A stretch of 64,000 nt of DNA from an uncultured Dehalococcoidaceae bacterium (GTDB lineage Bacteria; Chloroflexota; Dehalococcoidia; UBA2979): assembly GCA_964565075.1 (NCBI GenBank), contig CAZMCK010000010.1:299-64298 (forward strand). The letters run 5' to 3'. Both the position numbers and the translations under genes were made by a program. Below, piece by piece: positions 53,930 to 63,427 of this stretch (its first letter is position 1; each line of letters starts with the position of its first letter). The notes beneath the pieces are model-generated. The model was not told the DNA's origin and made no database searches. It saw only the letters and a list, made by a program, of their open reading frames with translations.

Positions 53930-53950
53930 CGGCCCCCCGCTGTAGTCGGC

Positions 53951-54178
53951 TCAGGGCGAGTTCGCCTGGATTACGGCGATGATGATCGCCGTCGCGATGC
54001 TCACGACGCCGAGCACGACCGCAAGCGTCCAGGCGCCGAGCCGGATCAGGATTCGATCCGCCACGGCTTCCGCCACCTCGGCAGCAGCCACGCCGATCGC
54101 GTCGGCCTGCTCGGGCTCGAAGTCTGCGTCTTCGCGCAGGCCTCGCACGGCATGGATGATTCTCGATGCGCTGCTCAT
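53951..54178 (-). CDS. hypothetical small protein with C-terminal TM segment (75 aa)
   Basis: WTLAVVLGVVSIATAIIIAVI is a hydrophobic tail. It is followed by an AT-rich patch. Weak evidence. Confidence 0.25.
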   Translation of the reverse strand: MSSASRIIHAVRGLREDADFEPEQADAIGVAAAEVAEAVADRILIRLGAWTLAVVLGVVSIATAIIIAVIQANSP

Positions 54179-54218
54179 GCGCCTATCCTACGACAGAATT
54201 ATTATAACGTGCGGGATA

Positions 54219-54890
54219 CTACGACTCATCGTCCCACACCCAGATACGGTGCGCGGCCTCCAGGCCGAGCACCAGCTCGCGGCCGTCGAGCTCGATGGTG
54301 ACCGTGCCGCGATAAGGAGCCACGTCCTGCACCCTGAACTCGACGCCGGGGCGGATGCCCTCATCGTCGAAGAAGCGAAGTAGCTCCTCCTCCTCCTCGT
54401 ACACCCGCTCGATCGTCGCGCGGTCGCCGCTCTCGAGGGAGGAGAGACGGCGGCCGGAGAGCGGGTGGCCGTGGTCGGAGCCGGGGATCGGGTAGCCGAA
54501 CGGTGACACCGTCGGGCCTCCGAGGCGGTCGACGATGAGTGACTCGGTCACGTCGGAGATGGCGTGCTCCATGAGGTGCGCCTCCTCATAGGCGCGCCAC
54601 CACTCCAGGCCCAGCGTCTCGACGAGCAGGCACTCGGCGAGGCGGTGACGCCGCACCATCTGCTCGGCGCGCTCGAACCCTGCCTTGCTGAGCGAGATGC
54701 GCTTGCGGCCGTCGATGTTGACGAGGCGGTCGCGGCGCAGCCGCGTGAGCATGCCGGCGACCGAGGCCGGCTTGATGCCCAGCCGTTCCGCGACGCGCGC
54801 GGCGATGACCTCTTCCTGCTCGTCGTGCGAGATCCGGTAGATCGTCGTGAGCGCGTCGTCGGAGGCGACGTTGGTGACCTGCTTCGGCAT
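54219..54890 (-). CDS. DtxR/IdeR/MntR-family metal-dependent transcriptional regulator with C-terminal SH3-like (FeoA) domain
   Basis: N-terminal winged HTH (IAARVAERLGIKPASVAGMLTRLRRDRLV), a metal-binding/dimerisation domain (HRLAECLL...EWW...AHLMEH), and a C-terminal FeoA-like barrel. Start at the internal Met; the track ORF has 15 extra codons. Confidence 0.85.
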   Translation of the reverse strand: MPKQVTNVASDDALTTIYRISHDEQEEVIAARVAERLGIKPASVAGMLTRLRRDRLVNIDGRKRISLSKAGFERAEQMVRRHRLAECLLVETLGLEWWRAYEEAHLMEHAISDVTESLIVDRLGGPTVSPFGYPIPGSDHGHPLSGRRLSSLESGDRATIERVYEEEEELLRFFDDEGIRPGVEFRVQDVAPYRGTVTIELDGRELVLGLEAAHRIWVWDDES

Positions 54891-54951
54891 CGCTACCTCG
54901 CGGCGATCCTCACACGTACGCGCCCACGTCGGCAACCCGGCGGGCCGAGGG

Positions 54952-57396
54952 CTACTCGCCCTCGCACCCGCCGGGGATGGTCAGCGTCCACCCGACGCGG
55001 ATGAGGTTCGCGTTCGAGAACGTGTGGCCGTCGTCCATGACGCGGTCGCGGTTGGCCTCCCAGATCTCCGGCCAGCGCCGCCCCTCGCCGTAGCAGGCCG
55101 CGGCGACGCGCCACAGCGTGTCCCCGGACTGCACGACGTAGGAGGTGTCCGTGGTCTGCGCCGGCTTCTGGCCGGTCATCGTCCCCGGCTGCGGGGTGGT
55201 GCCCGTCTCGGTGGTCGTCTCCGGCGTGGTGGTCACCCCGGCCGGGTCGGGCCAGACGAGCGTCACCCAGCCGGTCGAGCCGAGGGCGATCACGCGCGGG
55301 CCGAGCGCCGAGGCCGCCACGAGTTGCGGGTCGCTCGCCCGCAGCTCCGCGAGCTTCGCGGCGTCGAGCGTGACCTCGTCGGGCTCCGGACCCGAGCGGT
55401 CGAAGCCCTCCTCGATCCACGTCTCGCCGATGCGGTAGTAGGTGCGTGTGCCGACCAGGCGCGCGGCCGAGGGCGTCGAGTGCTCGACCTCGCCTTCGCC
55501 GATCGCCGAGACGCTCTCCGAGGCCCGCACGGCCGCCTCACCCGAAGGCGCGGCGTCGGCCATCGCGTCGTCCATGGCGTCCATCGCCGCTTCCTCCTCG
55601 AAGACCGCGTCGGGCTCCTCGGCCAGGTAAGAGGTGTACGGCGTGACGATGCCGAACTGGTTGGCGATCCCGACGATGGACTCGATGAGCCCCTCGCGCG
55701 CGCCCTCGATGCGCAGCTCACGCAGCAGGTCGGCGATACGGCGCTGCGCCCACAGCAGGGCGATGCCCGGGTCGTCCGAGGTCTCGGGCAGCGCCAGCTC
55801 GTACTCGAAGCGCTGCGTGCCCTCGGCGCTACGCCCCGTGAGCACCGCCGTGAGGTCGCCCGAGCCCGAGTAGCGGCCGGCGACCAGGACCTGCTCGCCG
55901 ATGAAGATGCCCCCGGGGCTGGCCGGGGCGAGGGCGCTCACCGCCGGCTCATCCGCGCCGTCCCGCAGCTCGAACGTGATCGCGGTAGAGAGCAGCACGG
56001 GCGTCGAGATGCGCTCGCTCAGCTTGCCCACCTCGGTGTCGATGCGCTCGTCGGGCGTGACGTAGTGGCTGGAGCCGGTGAAGCGCGACGCGAGGGCGTC
56101 GAGCAGCACCGTGTCGACGTCGTTGCCGACGCCGAAGGCGAAGAGCTGCACGTTCTCCGGCGCCGCTGACACGGCGGCCGCGACGATGCCGTCGGTGTGG
56201 TCGATACCGACCGTCGGCAGGCCGTCGGTGAGGAACACGACCGTCGCGGGGCGGTCGCCGGAGAGCAGCCCCATCGCCTCGGTCAGCGCCGCTGCGATGT
56301 TGGTGCCGCCGGTGTCCTCGAGGCCCTCAATCCACGTCTTCGCGTCGTCCACGGCCGAGACCGGCCGCAACTCGTCGGCAAACGACGCCGCGTTGTCGGA
56401 GAACGCGACGAGGCCGAAGCGGTCCTCCGGCCCGAGGTCGTCGAGGATGGCGCCGGCAGCGGCACGAGCCTGCTTGATCTTCTCGCCGTACATCGAGCCG
56501 CTACGGTCGAGCACGACCACGATGTCGCGCGCGACGCGCTCGCCCGCTTCGAGCGAGGGCGCGAGCAGCAGCGCGAAGTAGCCGTCCCCATCGGCCTCCC
56601 GGTGCGCGAGCAGGCGCGCGGCGACGAGTCCCTCGCCGCCGGCGAGGTGCAGGCGGAAGTCGCGCGCGGCCGTCCAGTCGGCCGGAGACTCCCACGACAC
56701 GTCGAGCTCGCCCGGGCCGTCGCGCTCGATGGTGGGGACGTGGCCCGGCGCGATCGCGGTGCGGACCTCCCACGGCACATCGATGGCGGCGGTCAACCTC
56801 GCCGCCGCGGGCCGCGGGGACATGCGCGACCACGGCGCCTCGATCACCACCTCGCCTGCATCGGCGGCGAGCGGCGTGGTGACCGTGTAGAGCACGTGGC
56901 GCGTCTCGCCCGCCGGGACCGGGAAGGCGCGGATCTCGTACAGGTCGTCGCCGAGTGACCGCAGCAGCGCGGGGTCGATCAGACGAGCGACGATCTCATT
57001 GTAGATACGCTCGGCGTCGCCAGCCCCCAGCAGGCGTCCCTCGAGCGCCTGCGGGCCGCCGATCAGCGTGAGGCCCGTCACGACGCTGTCCGCGGGCAGC
57101 GGGACGATCACCCGTCCCTCGGCAAGGCCCCCGCCGGGGTTCTCGAAGGTGAGCGCCCAGCGCGTGCGATAGCGGCCATCGGCGACGGTCACGTCGGCCT
57201 CGGCGTGCGTGAGACGGGCGTCGCCCGGCCCCACCCACCAGCAGTCGACGCAGGGTTCGATGGGCGGCCGCTGCGCCTGCGCCCCCGGCGGCATCGCCGC
57301 GGCGACGAGGCCGATGACCACGGCTACCAGGGTCAGGGTCGCGATACGCCAGGTGCTCACAGGGGCCTCATTTCGCGCGTGGCGGCGTGCAACCAA
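54952..57396 (-). CDS. secreted VIT-domain + von Willebrand factor A (vWA) protein with C-terminal LysM domain
   Basis: Signal peptide plus TM (WRIATLTLVAVVIGLVAAA). vWA MIDAS motif VLDRSGSMYGEKI...TGGTNIAAAL. LysM YVVQSGDTLWRVAAACYGEG...LIRVGWTLTIP at the C-terminus. Confidence 0.75.
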   Translation of the reverse strand: MVARRHARNEAPVSTWRIATLTLVAVVIGLVAAAMPPGAQAQRPPIEPCVDCWWVGPGDARLTHAEADVTVADGRYRTRWALTFENPGGGLAEGRVIVPLPADSVVTGLTLIGGPQALEGRLLGAGDAERIYNEIVARLIDPALLRSLGDDLYEIRAFPVPAGETRHVLYTVTTPLAADAGEVVIEAPWSRMSPRPAAARLTAAIDVPWEVRTAIAPGHVPTIERDGPGELDVSWESPADWTAARDFRLHLAGGEGLVAARLLAHREADGDGYFALLLAPSLEAGERVARDIVVVLDRSGSMYGEKIKQARAAAGAILDDLGPEDRFGLVAFSDNAASFADELRPVSAVDDAKTWIEGLEDTGGTNIAAALTEAMGLLSGDRPATVVFLTDGLPTVGIDHTDGIVAAAVSAAPENVQLFAFGVGNDVDTVLLDALASRFTGSSHYVTPDERIDTEVGKLSERISTPVLLSTAITFELRDGADEPAVSALAPASPGGIFIGEQVLVAGRYSGSGDLTAVLTGRSAEGTQRFEYELALPETSDDPGIALLWAQRRIADLLRELRIEGAREGLIESIVGIANQFGIVTPYTSYLAEEPDAVFEEEAAMDAMDDAMADAAPSGEAAVRASESVSAIGEGEVEHSTPSAARLVGTRTYYRIGETWIEEGFDRSGPEPDEVTLDAAKLAELRASDPQLVAASALGPRVIALGSTGWVTLVWPDPAGVTTTPETTTETGTTPQPGTMTGQKPAQTTDTSYVVQSGDTLWRVAAACYGEGRRWPEIWEANRDRVMDDGHTFSNANLIRVGWTLTIPGGCEGE

Positions 57397-57536
57397 TAGT
57401 ACGTGTGCGGACGCCTCGATCGTTCCACTCGGCCCCGATTGCCGGGCTTCGAGTTCACCAGCGGCTCGCCTCCCATCTGTTCGCGCCGGAGCGCACGCGG
57501 TAGCATCTGCATGCTCCCCGCTTCGAGGAACGACCC

Positions 57537-58103
57537 GTGGTTCTCTCCGACCGATCGATACGCGAGGCGCTCACCGCGGGGAGGCTCGCCATTGAGCCGC
57601 TCGCCGAAGATGCGCTGCAACCAGCCTCCGTGGACATCCGGCTCGACCGGCAGTTCCGCGTGTTCCGCAATCACCGCGACTCCTACATCGACGTCCGCCA
57701 GCCCGTCGAGGGCCTCACGGAGGTCGAGACCGTCGAGGACGACGAGCCGTTCGTGCTGCACCCGGGCGAGTTCGTCCTCGGGTCCACGCTGGAGCGCGTG
57801 ACGCTGGGCGCGGACCTCGTCGCGCGCGTCGAGGGCAAGTCCTCGCTGGGGCGCCTCGGGCTGCTGGTCCACGCGACCGCCGGTTATGTCGATCCGGGGT
57901 GGGACGGCCACCTGACGATGGAACTCTCGAACGTCGCGAACCTGCCGATCCGGCTCTACTACGGGATGAAGATCGGGCAGCTCTCGTTCCTCGAGCTCAC
58001 GACCCCGTCGGAGCGGCCGTACGGCTCGCCTCAGCTGCGGTCGAAGTACCAGGGACAGACCGGGCCCACCGCGAGCCGTGGTCACACGGACTACCAGCGC
58101 TGA
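57537..58103 (+). CDS. dcd: dCTP deaminase
   Basis: [12 protein letters not shown]...ASVDIRLD...[10 protein letters not shown]...[11 protein letters not shown] is the dUTPase-like jelly-roll signature of Dcd. GTG start. Confidence 0.9.
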   Translation: MVLSDRSIREALTAGRLAIEPLAEDALQPASVDIRLDRQFRVFRNHRDSYIDVRQPVEGLTEVETVEDDEPFVLHPGEFVLGSTLERVTLGADLVARVEGKSSLGRLGLLVHATAGYVDPGWDGHLTMELSNVANLPIRLYYGMKIGQLSFLELTTPSERPYGSPQLRSKYQGQTGPTASRGHTDYQR

Positions 58104-58229
58104 TCCCCGCCTGAGCGCACAACATCCTCGCCGGCCGGAGCCCAGCCGGCACTGCCGGGCGGCGGCAGACCCTTACAAGGCGACGCGTTACGATTTCTGC
58201 CACCGCCCGCCCGGGGCGAGGAACTGCGC

Positions 58230-58811
58230 ATGTCGATCCTCGAACCGCCTCGACTCGACGCTGAATCCGATGCCGTCCTCGGGCCGCTGGTACGCGTGAT
58301 CGAGGAGGCTGCGGGCGAGCAGCCGTGGGCTCTGGTGGGCGCCTCCGCGCTGCAGTTGCAGGGCCTGGACACGACTGCCCCCAACCTCGAGTTCGTGACG
58401 ACCGACGCGGCGCTGAACCAGCTCGCAGAGATGCTCGACGTGCCCGTGACGTGGCAGCGCGGCGCGTACGTGGCGGCCGCTCGGCTGCAGTTCATGCGCA
58501 GCCGCGTGCCCGTCTTCGTGCACGGCAGCCCGACGTTCCACGGCGCTTATGTCTCTCTGACGCCGATAGACATCCCCGCGCTCTGGGACGCGCGCGCGCA
58601 CGTCGAGCTCAACGGCACGGTGGTGCTCGCCACGCCACTGGAGTGGGAGCTGCTGCTGGCCGTGGTGCTCGGCAACGACGAGCGCGCCTCCGCCATCGGC
58701 GACCACCTCCTGCTCCACGGCCACGACGGTCGGCTGCTGATCCGGCTGATGCGCGAGGGCCACGTCGGGAGCGAGACCGAAGAGGCAGTCTGGAAGCTCC
58801 TCGAACGCTAG
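58230..58811 (+). CDS. hypothetical protein, possible degenerate nucleotidyltransferase fold
   Basis: WALVGASALQLQGLDTTAPNLEFV loosely resembles a GS...D.D nucleotidyltransferase P-loop. Not confidently assigned. Confidence 0.35.
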   Translation: MSILEPPRLDAESDAVLGPLVRVIEEAAGEQPWALVGASALQLQGLDTTAPNLEFVTTDAALNQLAEMLDVPVTWQRGAYVAAARLQFMRSRVPVFVHGSPTFHGAYVSLTPIDIPALWDARAHVELNGTVVLATPLEWELLLAVVLGNDERASAIGDHLLLHGHDGRLLIRLMREGHVGSETEEAVWKLLER

Positions 58812-58983
58812 CCAATCGTACCTCCGCGGGACGCCAACCATGCGTCGCCCATGCTGGCAGGACGATGCACTGACTTCCCGTCCGGCCATGGGAAGGGTGG
58901 GCGAGGCGAACGGTCGACACGAGTCAATCTCCATGTGATATATGCTGTGATTCCGATCGGGATTGATGCGCTATACTCTCCCC

Positions 58984-59376
58984 ATGACGACCACACCCGT
59001 TGCCCGCCCGGACTACGATGCGCACGCGCGAGCGACGCGCTCCACCTTCCCCGAGGTGACCCGCGAGTTGCGCGACATCCTCGGCGCCCGGCTCTGCGCG
59101 TACCTGGGATCGGTGAAGGAAACCCGCGCCGTCCACCAGTGGGCGGAGGGGTTGCGCGCCCCGAGCACCGAGGTGCAGCGCCGGTTGCGCGTCGCCCTGC
59201 AGACCGCGGCCCCGATCGCAGGCGCCGACTCGGAAGCCGTCGCGCAGGCCTGGTTCCAGGGCCTGAACCCGCAGCTCGATGACCGCTCGCCCGCGCACCT
59301 GCTCCGCGAGGGCGATCTCGATGAGGTCGGCCCCGCGGTGATCGGCGCCGCGCGCTCCTTCGTGGCGGGCGGATGA
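58984..59376 (+). CDS. Xre/MbcA/ParS-type antitoxin (DUF2384 toxin-binding domain)
   Basis: C-terminal AQAWFQGLNPQLDDRSPAHLLREGDLDEVGPAVIGAARSF matches the DUF2384 W..P...L....P..LL......V consensus. A TATACT -10-like hexamer lies 7-12 nt upstream of the chosen ATG, suggesting a leaderless start; the track ORF starts 7 codons earlier at TTG. Confidence 0.55.
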   Translation: MTTTPVARPDYDAHARATRSTFPEVTRELRDILGARLCAYLGSVKETRAVHQWAEGLRAPSTEVQRRLRVALQTAAPIAGADSEAVAQAWFQGLNPQLDDRSPAHLLREGDLDEVGPAVIGAARSFVAGG

Positions 59377-59403
59377 GCGGCGCCGGAGCGAACACCACGA
59401 CCC

Positions 59404-59964
59404 ATGACGGAGCACGACCAACTCCAGCGGCTCGCTTCGCTTATTCAGCAGCGGAACCGTGTCGATGGAGAGATCGCCGCGGCCATCGGTCGGCCCGCCC
59501 ATGCGGGGCACATCGGGCGATTCGTCTCTGCCGCGATCTTCGACATCCAACTGAACGAGTCCGCGACGCATCATGGGAGCAGCGGTCATTTCGCGAGCGG
59601 GCCGCTCGTCGGCAGGTCGGTCAGCATCAGGAAGTACTCGCTGGATCAGGGCATCCTCGACGTACGCCCGGACGCGCTGCCCGACTTCTTCCTCGTGCTG
59701 ACTGGCGCGAGGGCGGGCGCGGCGTCATCGCGCGGCACAACCCAACCCTGGACCATCGAGTCGGTCTACCTGTTCGAGGCGGTCCCACTCGTCGAGCAAC
59801 TCAGTGCCAGGGGCGTCAAGATCGGTGTCGCCACCAGCGTGAGACGGCACCACTGGGATGACGCCGAGGTCTACCCCTCGCAGAACAACGAGACGCTCCC
59901 GCTCACCACGGAGCAGATCTCCATGATTGAACTCTTCAGGGGCTCGGCCGACGATCCGTCGTAG
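59404..59964 (+). CDS. putative RES-domain-like toxin partner of the DUF2384 antitoxin
   Basis: 186 aa, 27 nt downstream of the antitoxin on the same strand. A GRF motif (cf. RES GRWN/GRFN) and downstream Glu/Ser candidates are present. The assignment rests mainly on gene context. Confidence 0.35.
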   Translation: MTEHDQLQRLASLIQQRNRVDGEIAAAIGRPAHAGHIGRFVSAAIFDIQLNESATHHGSSGHFASGPLVGRSVSIRKYSLDQGILDVRPDALPDFFLVLTGARAGAASSRGTTQPWTIESVYLFEAVPLVEQLSARGVKIGVATSVRRHHWDDAEVYPSQNNETLPLTTEQISMIELFRGSADDPS

Positions 59965-59977
59965 CCTGCCGCTCGTC

Positions 59978-61108
59978 TCACCCGCGCTTGCGCCGTCCGG
60001 CACTGGACCGCAACCGCTTACGCCCCTCCCGCCCCAGCACGTCGTAGCGCTTCAGCAGCCCCGGGAGGTAGCGCTGATAGCGCGGCACGGTCTCGTGCAT
60101 CCGCACGAACAGCCGCGCGAGGCCTTCGAGGTCGCCGAGGTGCACGGTCTCAGCGCGTATGCGGCCGCGCGGCCCCGCGTTGTGGTAGTTGCCCAGGGCG
60201 ATGCAGGCCGCGCCCGTCTCGTACCCGTACAGGTCGTACGAGGTGGCCTCGGTGGTGCCGCCGTCCATGAGCTTGCGCTGGAACGCGAACGTCTCGTCCT
60301 CGGCGCGCAGCTCGGCGCCCAGCGCGGTCATCCACTGCGACATGCGCGGCGAGAAGACGTGCATCGCGTCGCCGATGCGCACGATCGGCCCGCCGCCCTG
60401 CTCGGCGCGGCCCCCGGCCATCGAGGAGGTCTCGATGGCGACAACAAGCGCGTCCTCGGGGAGCAGCCGCTCGCGCGCCGCCACTGAGGCGCCGAGCAGC
60501 CCGACCTCCTCGGCGCGCGTGAACAGCCCGACCAGATGCCCGTTCGGGCGCTCGACTGCGATGCGGTCGAGCGCGACGAGGACGGCTGCTGCGCCCGCGA
60601 GGTCGTCGCAGGCGCGGGCATGCACGATCTCGCCGCGGAAGCGGCAGGCAGGCACGTCCCAGAGCGCCAGGTCCTCGACGGCCACACCGCTTGCGTCGCC
60701 CTCGACCGTGGCCTTCGCGCCCACCAGCCGGCCACGGTCGTCGCCGCGCACCGAGGTCACGACGGCTCGCGCGTGCGCCTCACGTGAGCCCTCGCGGTAC
60801 AGCACGAGCGGCTCACCGTCGCCGTACGAGTCGGCGATGCCCCCGCGGAACTCGAGGTCGAGCCGGTCGCCCTCGACCCCCGTGACCACGAGCGCCGGGT
60901 GGTCCATGTGCGCGCCGAGCACCAGCGGGCGGCGTCGCCGGCCGCGGCGGTAGGTGACGTAGGCGTTGCCGAACTCGTCCTCCTCGTGCTGGAGGCCGCG
61001 CGCCTCGGCGAAGTCGCGGATGTAATCGCGCACGCCGCGTTCGAGGTACGGGGCAGTGGGGATCGAGACGACCCCGCGGACGATGTCGCGCAGCGGTGTG
61101 GGTTCCAC
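59978..61108 (-). CDS. M42-family metallopeptidase (glutamyl aminopeptidase/endoglucanase-like, FrvX family)
   Basis: GAHMDHPALVV, ACDDLAGAAAVL and TRAEEVGLLGA are M42/M20-type dinuclear metal ligand blocks. GTG start; the track ORF is 35 codons longer. Confidence 0.8.
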   Translation of the reverse strand: MEPTPLRDIVRGVVSIPTAPYLERGVRDYIRDFAEARGLQHEEDEFGNAYVTYRRGRRRRPLVLGAHMDHPALVVTGVEGDRLDLEFRGGIADSYGDGEPLVLYREGSREAHARAVVTSVRGDDRGRLVGAKATVEGDASGVAVEDLALWDVPACRFRGEIVHARACDDLAGAAAVLVALDRIAVERPNGHLVGLFTRAEEVGLLGASVAARERLLPEDALVVAIETSSMAGGRAEQGGGPIVRIGDAMHVFSPRMSQWMTALGAELRAEDETFAFQRKLMDGGTTEATSYDLYGYETGAACIALGNYHNAGPRGRIRAETVHLGDLEGLARLFVRMHETVPRYQRYLPGLLKRYDVLGREGRKRLRSSAGRRKRG

Positions 61109-61194
61109 GCGGGCCTCCTTCGCCGCCGATGCTACCCGCCATCCGGCGCGTGCGCCGCTCGCGCTCGCCCGGCGGCGGCCCGTACCATCGGGGC

Positions 61195-62496
61195 ATGACC
61201 CTGGACACCGCACCTGATCCCCACGCCGAGGTCGTCCCGGAGCGGCCGCGCAGGCGCAAGCAGCGACGGAAGCGCCGGCGCCAGCGCATGGTCGACCGCC
61301 CTCGCACGCCCGTCGAGCTTGAGCTCACGGGGTTCGCGGCGGGCGGCGTGGCAATGGGCCGCGCGCCCGACGGGCGCATCGCCTTCGTGGAGTTCGGCAT
61401 CCCGGGCGAGCGCGTCATCGCCGAGATCACCTCCGAGGAGTCCTCGTACATCGAGGCGCGGGCGGTGATGGTGCTGGAGGAGTCGCCGGAGCGGGTCGAG
61501 CCGCGCTGCGTGTACTACGGGCGCTGCGGCGGCTGCCAGATGCAGCACATCGCCTACGGCGAGCAGTTGCGGCTCAAGACGGGCGTCGTGCGCGAGCAGA
61601 TGCGCCGCATCGGGCGCTTCGAGGACGCGGAGATCGACGGCGTCCTGCGCGAGATGATCGGCATGAGCGACCCGTGGGCGTACCGCAACCACATGCGCTT
61701 CACCGTGCGCCGCGACGGCGACATCGGCTTCATGGAGCACGGCACGCACCGCTTCCTGCGCGTCGACCACTGCGAGATCGCCAACCCCGAGGCCAACCGC
61801 GTGCTGCGCAACGCGCAGGGCCGCACGATGCAGACGAAGCAGCTCACGGTGCGCGTCGGCGAGCACACCGGCGAGTCGCTGGTGCAGCCGAAACTGCGCT
61901 GGCGACCGGGCCGGCGCGGCAACGTGCGGAGCGGCCAGAAGCACTACCACGAGCAGCTGCGCGGCGCGCGCTACCGCGTCTCCTCGCCGGCATTCTTCCA
62001 GGTCAACTCGCGGCAGGCCGAGCGGCTGATCGAGCTCGTCGTGGCGCGTGCCCGCGCCGTCGGGCCGCGGCTCGTTGCCGACGCCTACTCCGGCGTCGGC
62101 ACCTTCGCCGTCGCGCTCGCGCAGGTCGTGCCGGACGTCGTCACCATCGAGGCGTCGAGCGCGGCCGGTGACGACGCCGACGTGAACCTCGCACCGTACG
62201 AGAACGTGCGGCGCATCACCGGCACCGTCGAGGAGCAACTCCCCGCGCTGCGACCCCAGCCCGACGTGGTCGTGGTCGACCCGCCGCGCGCGGGACTCGA
62301 CGCATCGATCATCGAGACGCTCGTCGCCTCGGACGTGCGGCGCGTGGTCTACGTCTCGTGCGACCCGGCCTCGCTCGGGCGCGACCTGCGCCGCTTCGCC
62401 GACGGCGGCTTCACCATCGACGAGGTGCAGCCCATCGACATGTTCCCCCACACCCAGCACATCGAGTGCATCACGACGCTCGACCGCGCCGGGTAA
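61195..62496 (+). CDS. rlmD: 23S rRNA (uracil-C5)-methyltransferase RlmD/RumA family (TRAM + Fe-S + SAM methyltransferase)
   Basis: TRAM-like N-terminus, Fe-S Cys cluster CVYYGRCGGCQMQH, SAM motif DAYSGVGTFAV, and a catalytic PPRAG ... YVSCDP C-terminus. Confidence 0.85.
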   Translation: MTLDTAPDPHAEVVPERPRRRKQRRKRRRQRMVDRPRTPVELELTGFAAGGVAMGRAPDGRIAFVEFGIPGERVIAEITSEESSYIEARAVMVLEESPERVEPRCVYYGRCGGCQMQHIAYGEQLRLKTGVVREQMRRIGRFEDAEIDGVLREMIGMSDPWAYRNHMRFTVRRDGDIGFMEHGTHRFLRVDHCEIANPEANRVLRNAQGRTMQTKQLTVRVGEHTGESLVQPKLRWRPGRRGNVRSGQKHYHEQLRGARYRVSSPAFFQVNSRQAERLIELVVARARAVGPRLVADAYSGVGTFAVALAQVVPDVVTIEASSAAGDDADVNLAPYENVRRITGTVEEQLPALRPQPDVVVVDPPRAGLDASIIETLVASDVRRVVYVSCDPASLGRDLRRFADGGFTIDEVQPIDMFPHTQHIECITTLDRAG

Positions 62497-62513
62497 CCGG
62501 GACCGCGTAGCCA

Positions 62514-63143
62514 GTGGCGATCGTCCTCGCGTCCGCCTCGCCACGCCGCCGCGAGTTGCTGCCCGCCCTCGGCGTCACGTTCGAGGTGCTCCCGGCAGAC
62601 GTCGACGAGTCGGACGCCGACGACGACGCGGCGCGGCTGGCCCGCACGCTTGCGCTGCGGAAGGCGCGCGCCGTCGCGGCGACGAGGCCGGGCGACACGG
62701 TGATCGGGGCCGACACCATCGTCGTCCTCGACGGCCGGCAACTCGGCAAGCCACGTGACGACGTTGAGGCGCGCGCGATGCTGCAGGCGCTGCGCGGCCG
62801 CACGCACCACGTCGTGACGGGCGTCGCGGTCATCGATGGTGGCGAGGAGGCGACTGAGGCCGTGACGACGGCGGTGACGATGCGCGCGTACTCCGACACG
62901 GAGGTGGCTCGCTACATCGAGCGTGGCGAGCCGTTCGACAAGGCGGGCGCGTACGCGGTGCAGGACGCGGCGTTCGCCCCGGCCGCCGCCGTGGAGGGGT
63001 GCCGCTGCTCGGTGATCGGGCTGCCGCTCTGGACGGTCAGGCGGCTGCTGCGCGAAGTCGCGGGCGTCGAGGCGGAGACGCCCGGGCTGGCGGGCTGCCT
63101 CGGCTGCCCGGACCGTGAGGTCAGTTCGGCCGGGCACGCCTGA
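62514..63143 (+). CDS. maf: Maf-family nucleoside triphosphate pyrophosphatase (septum formation protein Maf)
   Basis: IVLASASPRRRELL is the canonical Maf start. GADTIVVLDG and KAGAYAVQ are also conserved Maf blocks. Confidence 0.85.
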   Translation: MAIVLASASPRRRELLPALGVTFEVLPADVDESDADDDAARLARTLALRKARAVAATRPGDTVIGADTIVVLDGRQLGKPRDDVEARAMLQALRGRTHHVVTGVAVIDGGEEATEAVTTAVTMRAYSDTEVARYIERGEPFDKAGAYAVQDAAFAPAAAVEGCRCSVIGLPLWTVRRLLREVAGVEAETPGLAGCLGCPDREVSSAGHA

Positions 63144-63199
63144 CCCCGCAGGTACTACACTGTCGGTAAGACTCCGCGAGTATTACCGGGAGTGCCCCC

Positions 63200-63427
63200 A
63201 TGGACGGTATGACCATCACCAGCAAGGGCCAGGTCACCATTCCCAAGGCCGTGAGGGATGAACTCGGCTTGCGGAAAGGCGACAAGGTGACCTTCGTAAA
63301 GAAAGACGGCGAGTTCCGTCTCGAGAAGGTCGTGGATGAGAGCCCCTTCGACAAGTGGGTGGGCTCCTTGAGCCACCTGGAGTACGACAGTACTGACGAA
63401 CTCATCGAAGAGATGCGCGGCCGGTGA
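63200..63427 (+). CDS. vapB: AbrB/MazE/SpoVT-family antitoxin VapB
   Basis: ITSKGQVTIPKAVRDELGLRKGDKVTF is a swapped-hairpin fold. It overlaps the downstream PIN gene by 4 nt. Confidence 0.7.
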   Translation: MDGMTITSKGQVTIPKAVRDELGLRKGDKVTFVKKDGEFRLEKVVDESPFDKWVGSLSHLEYDSTDELIEEMRGR

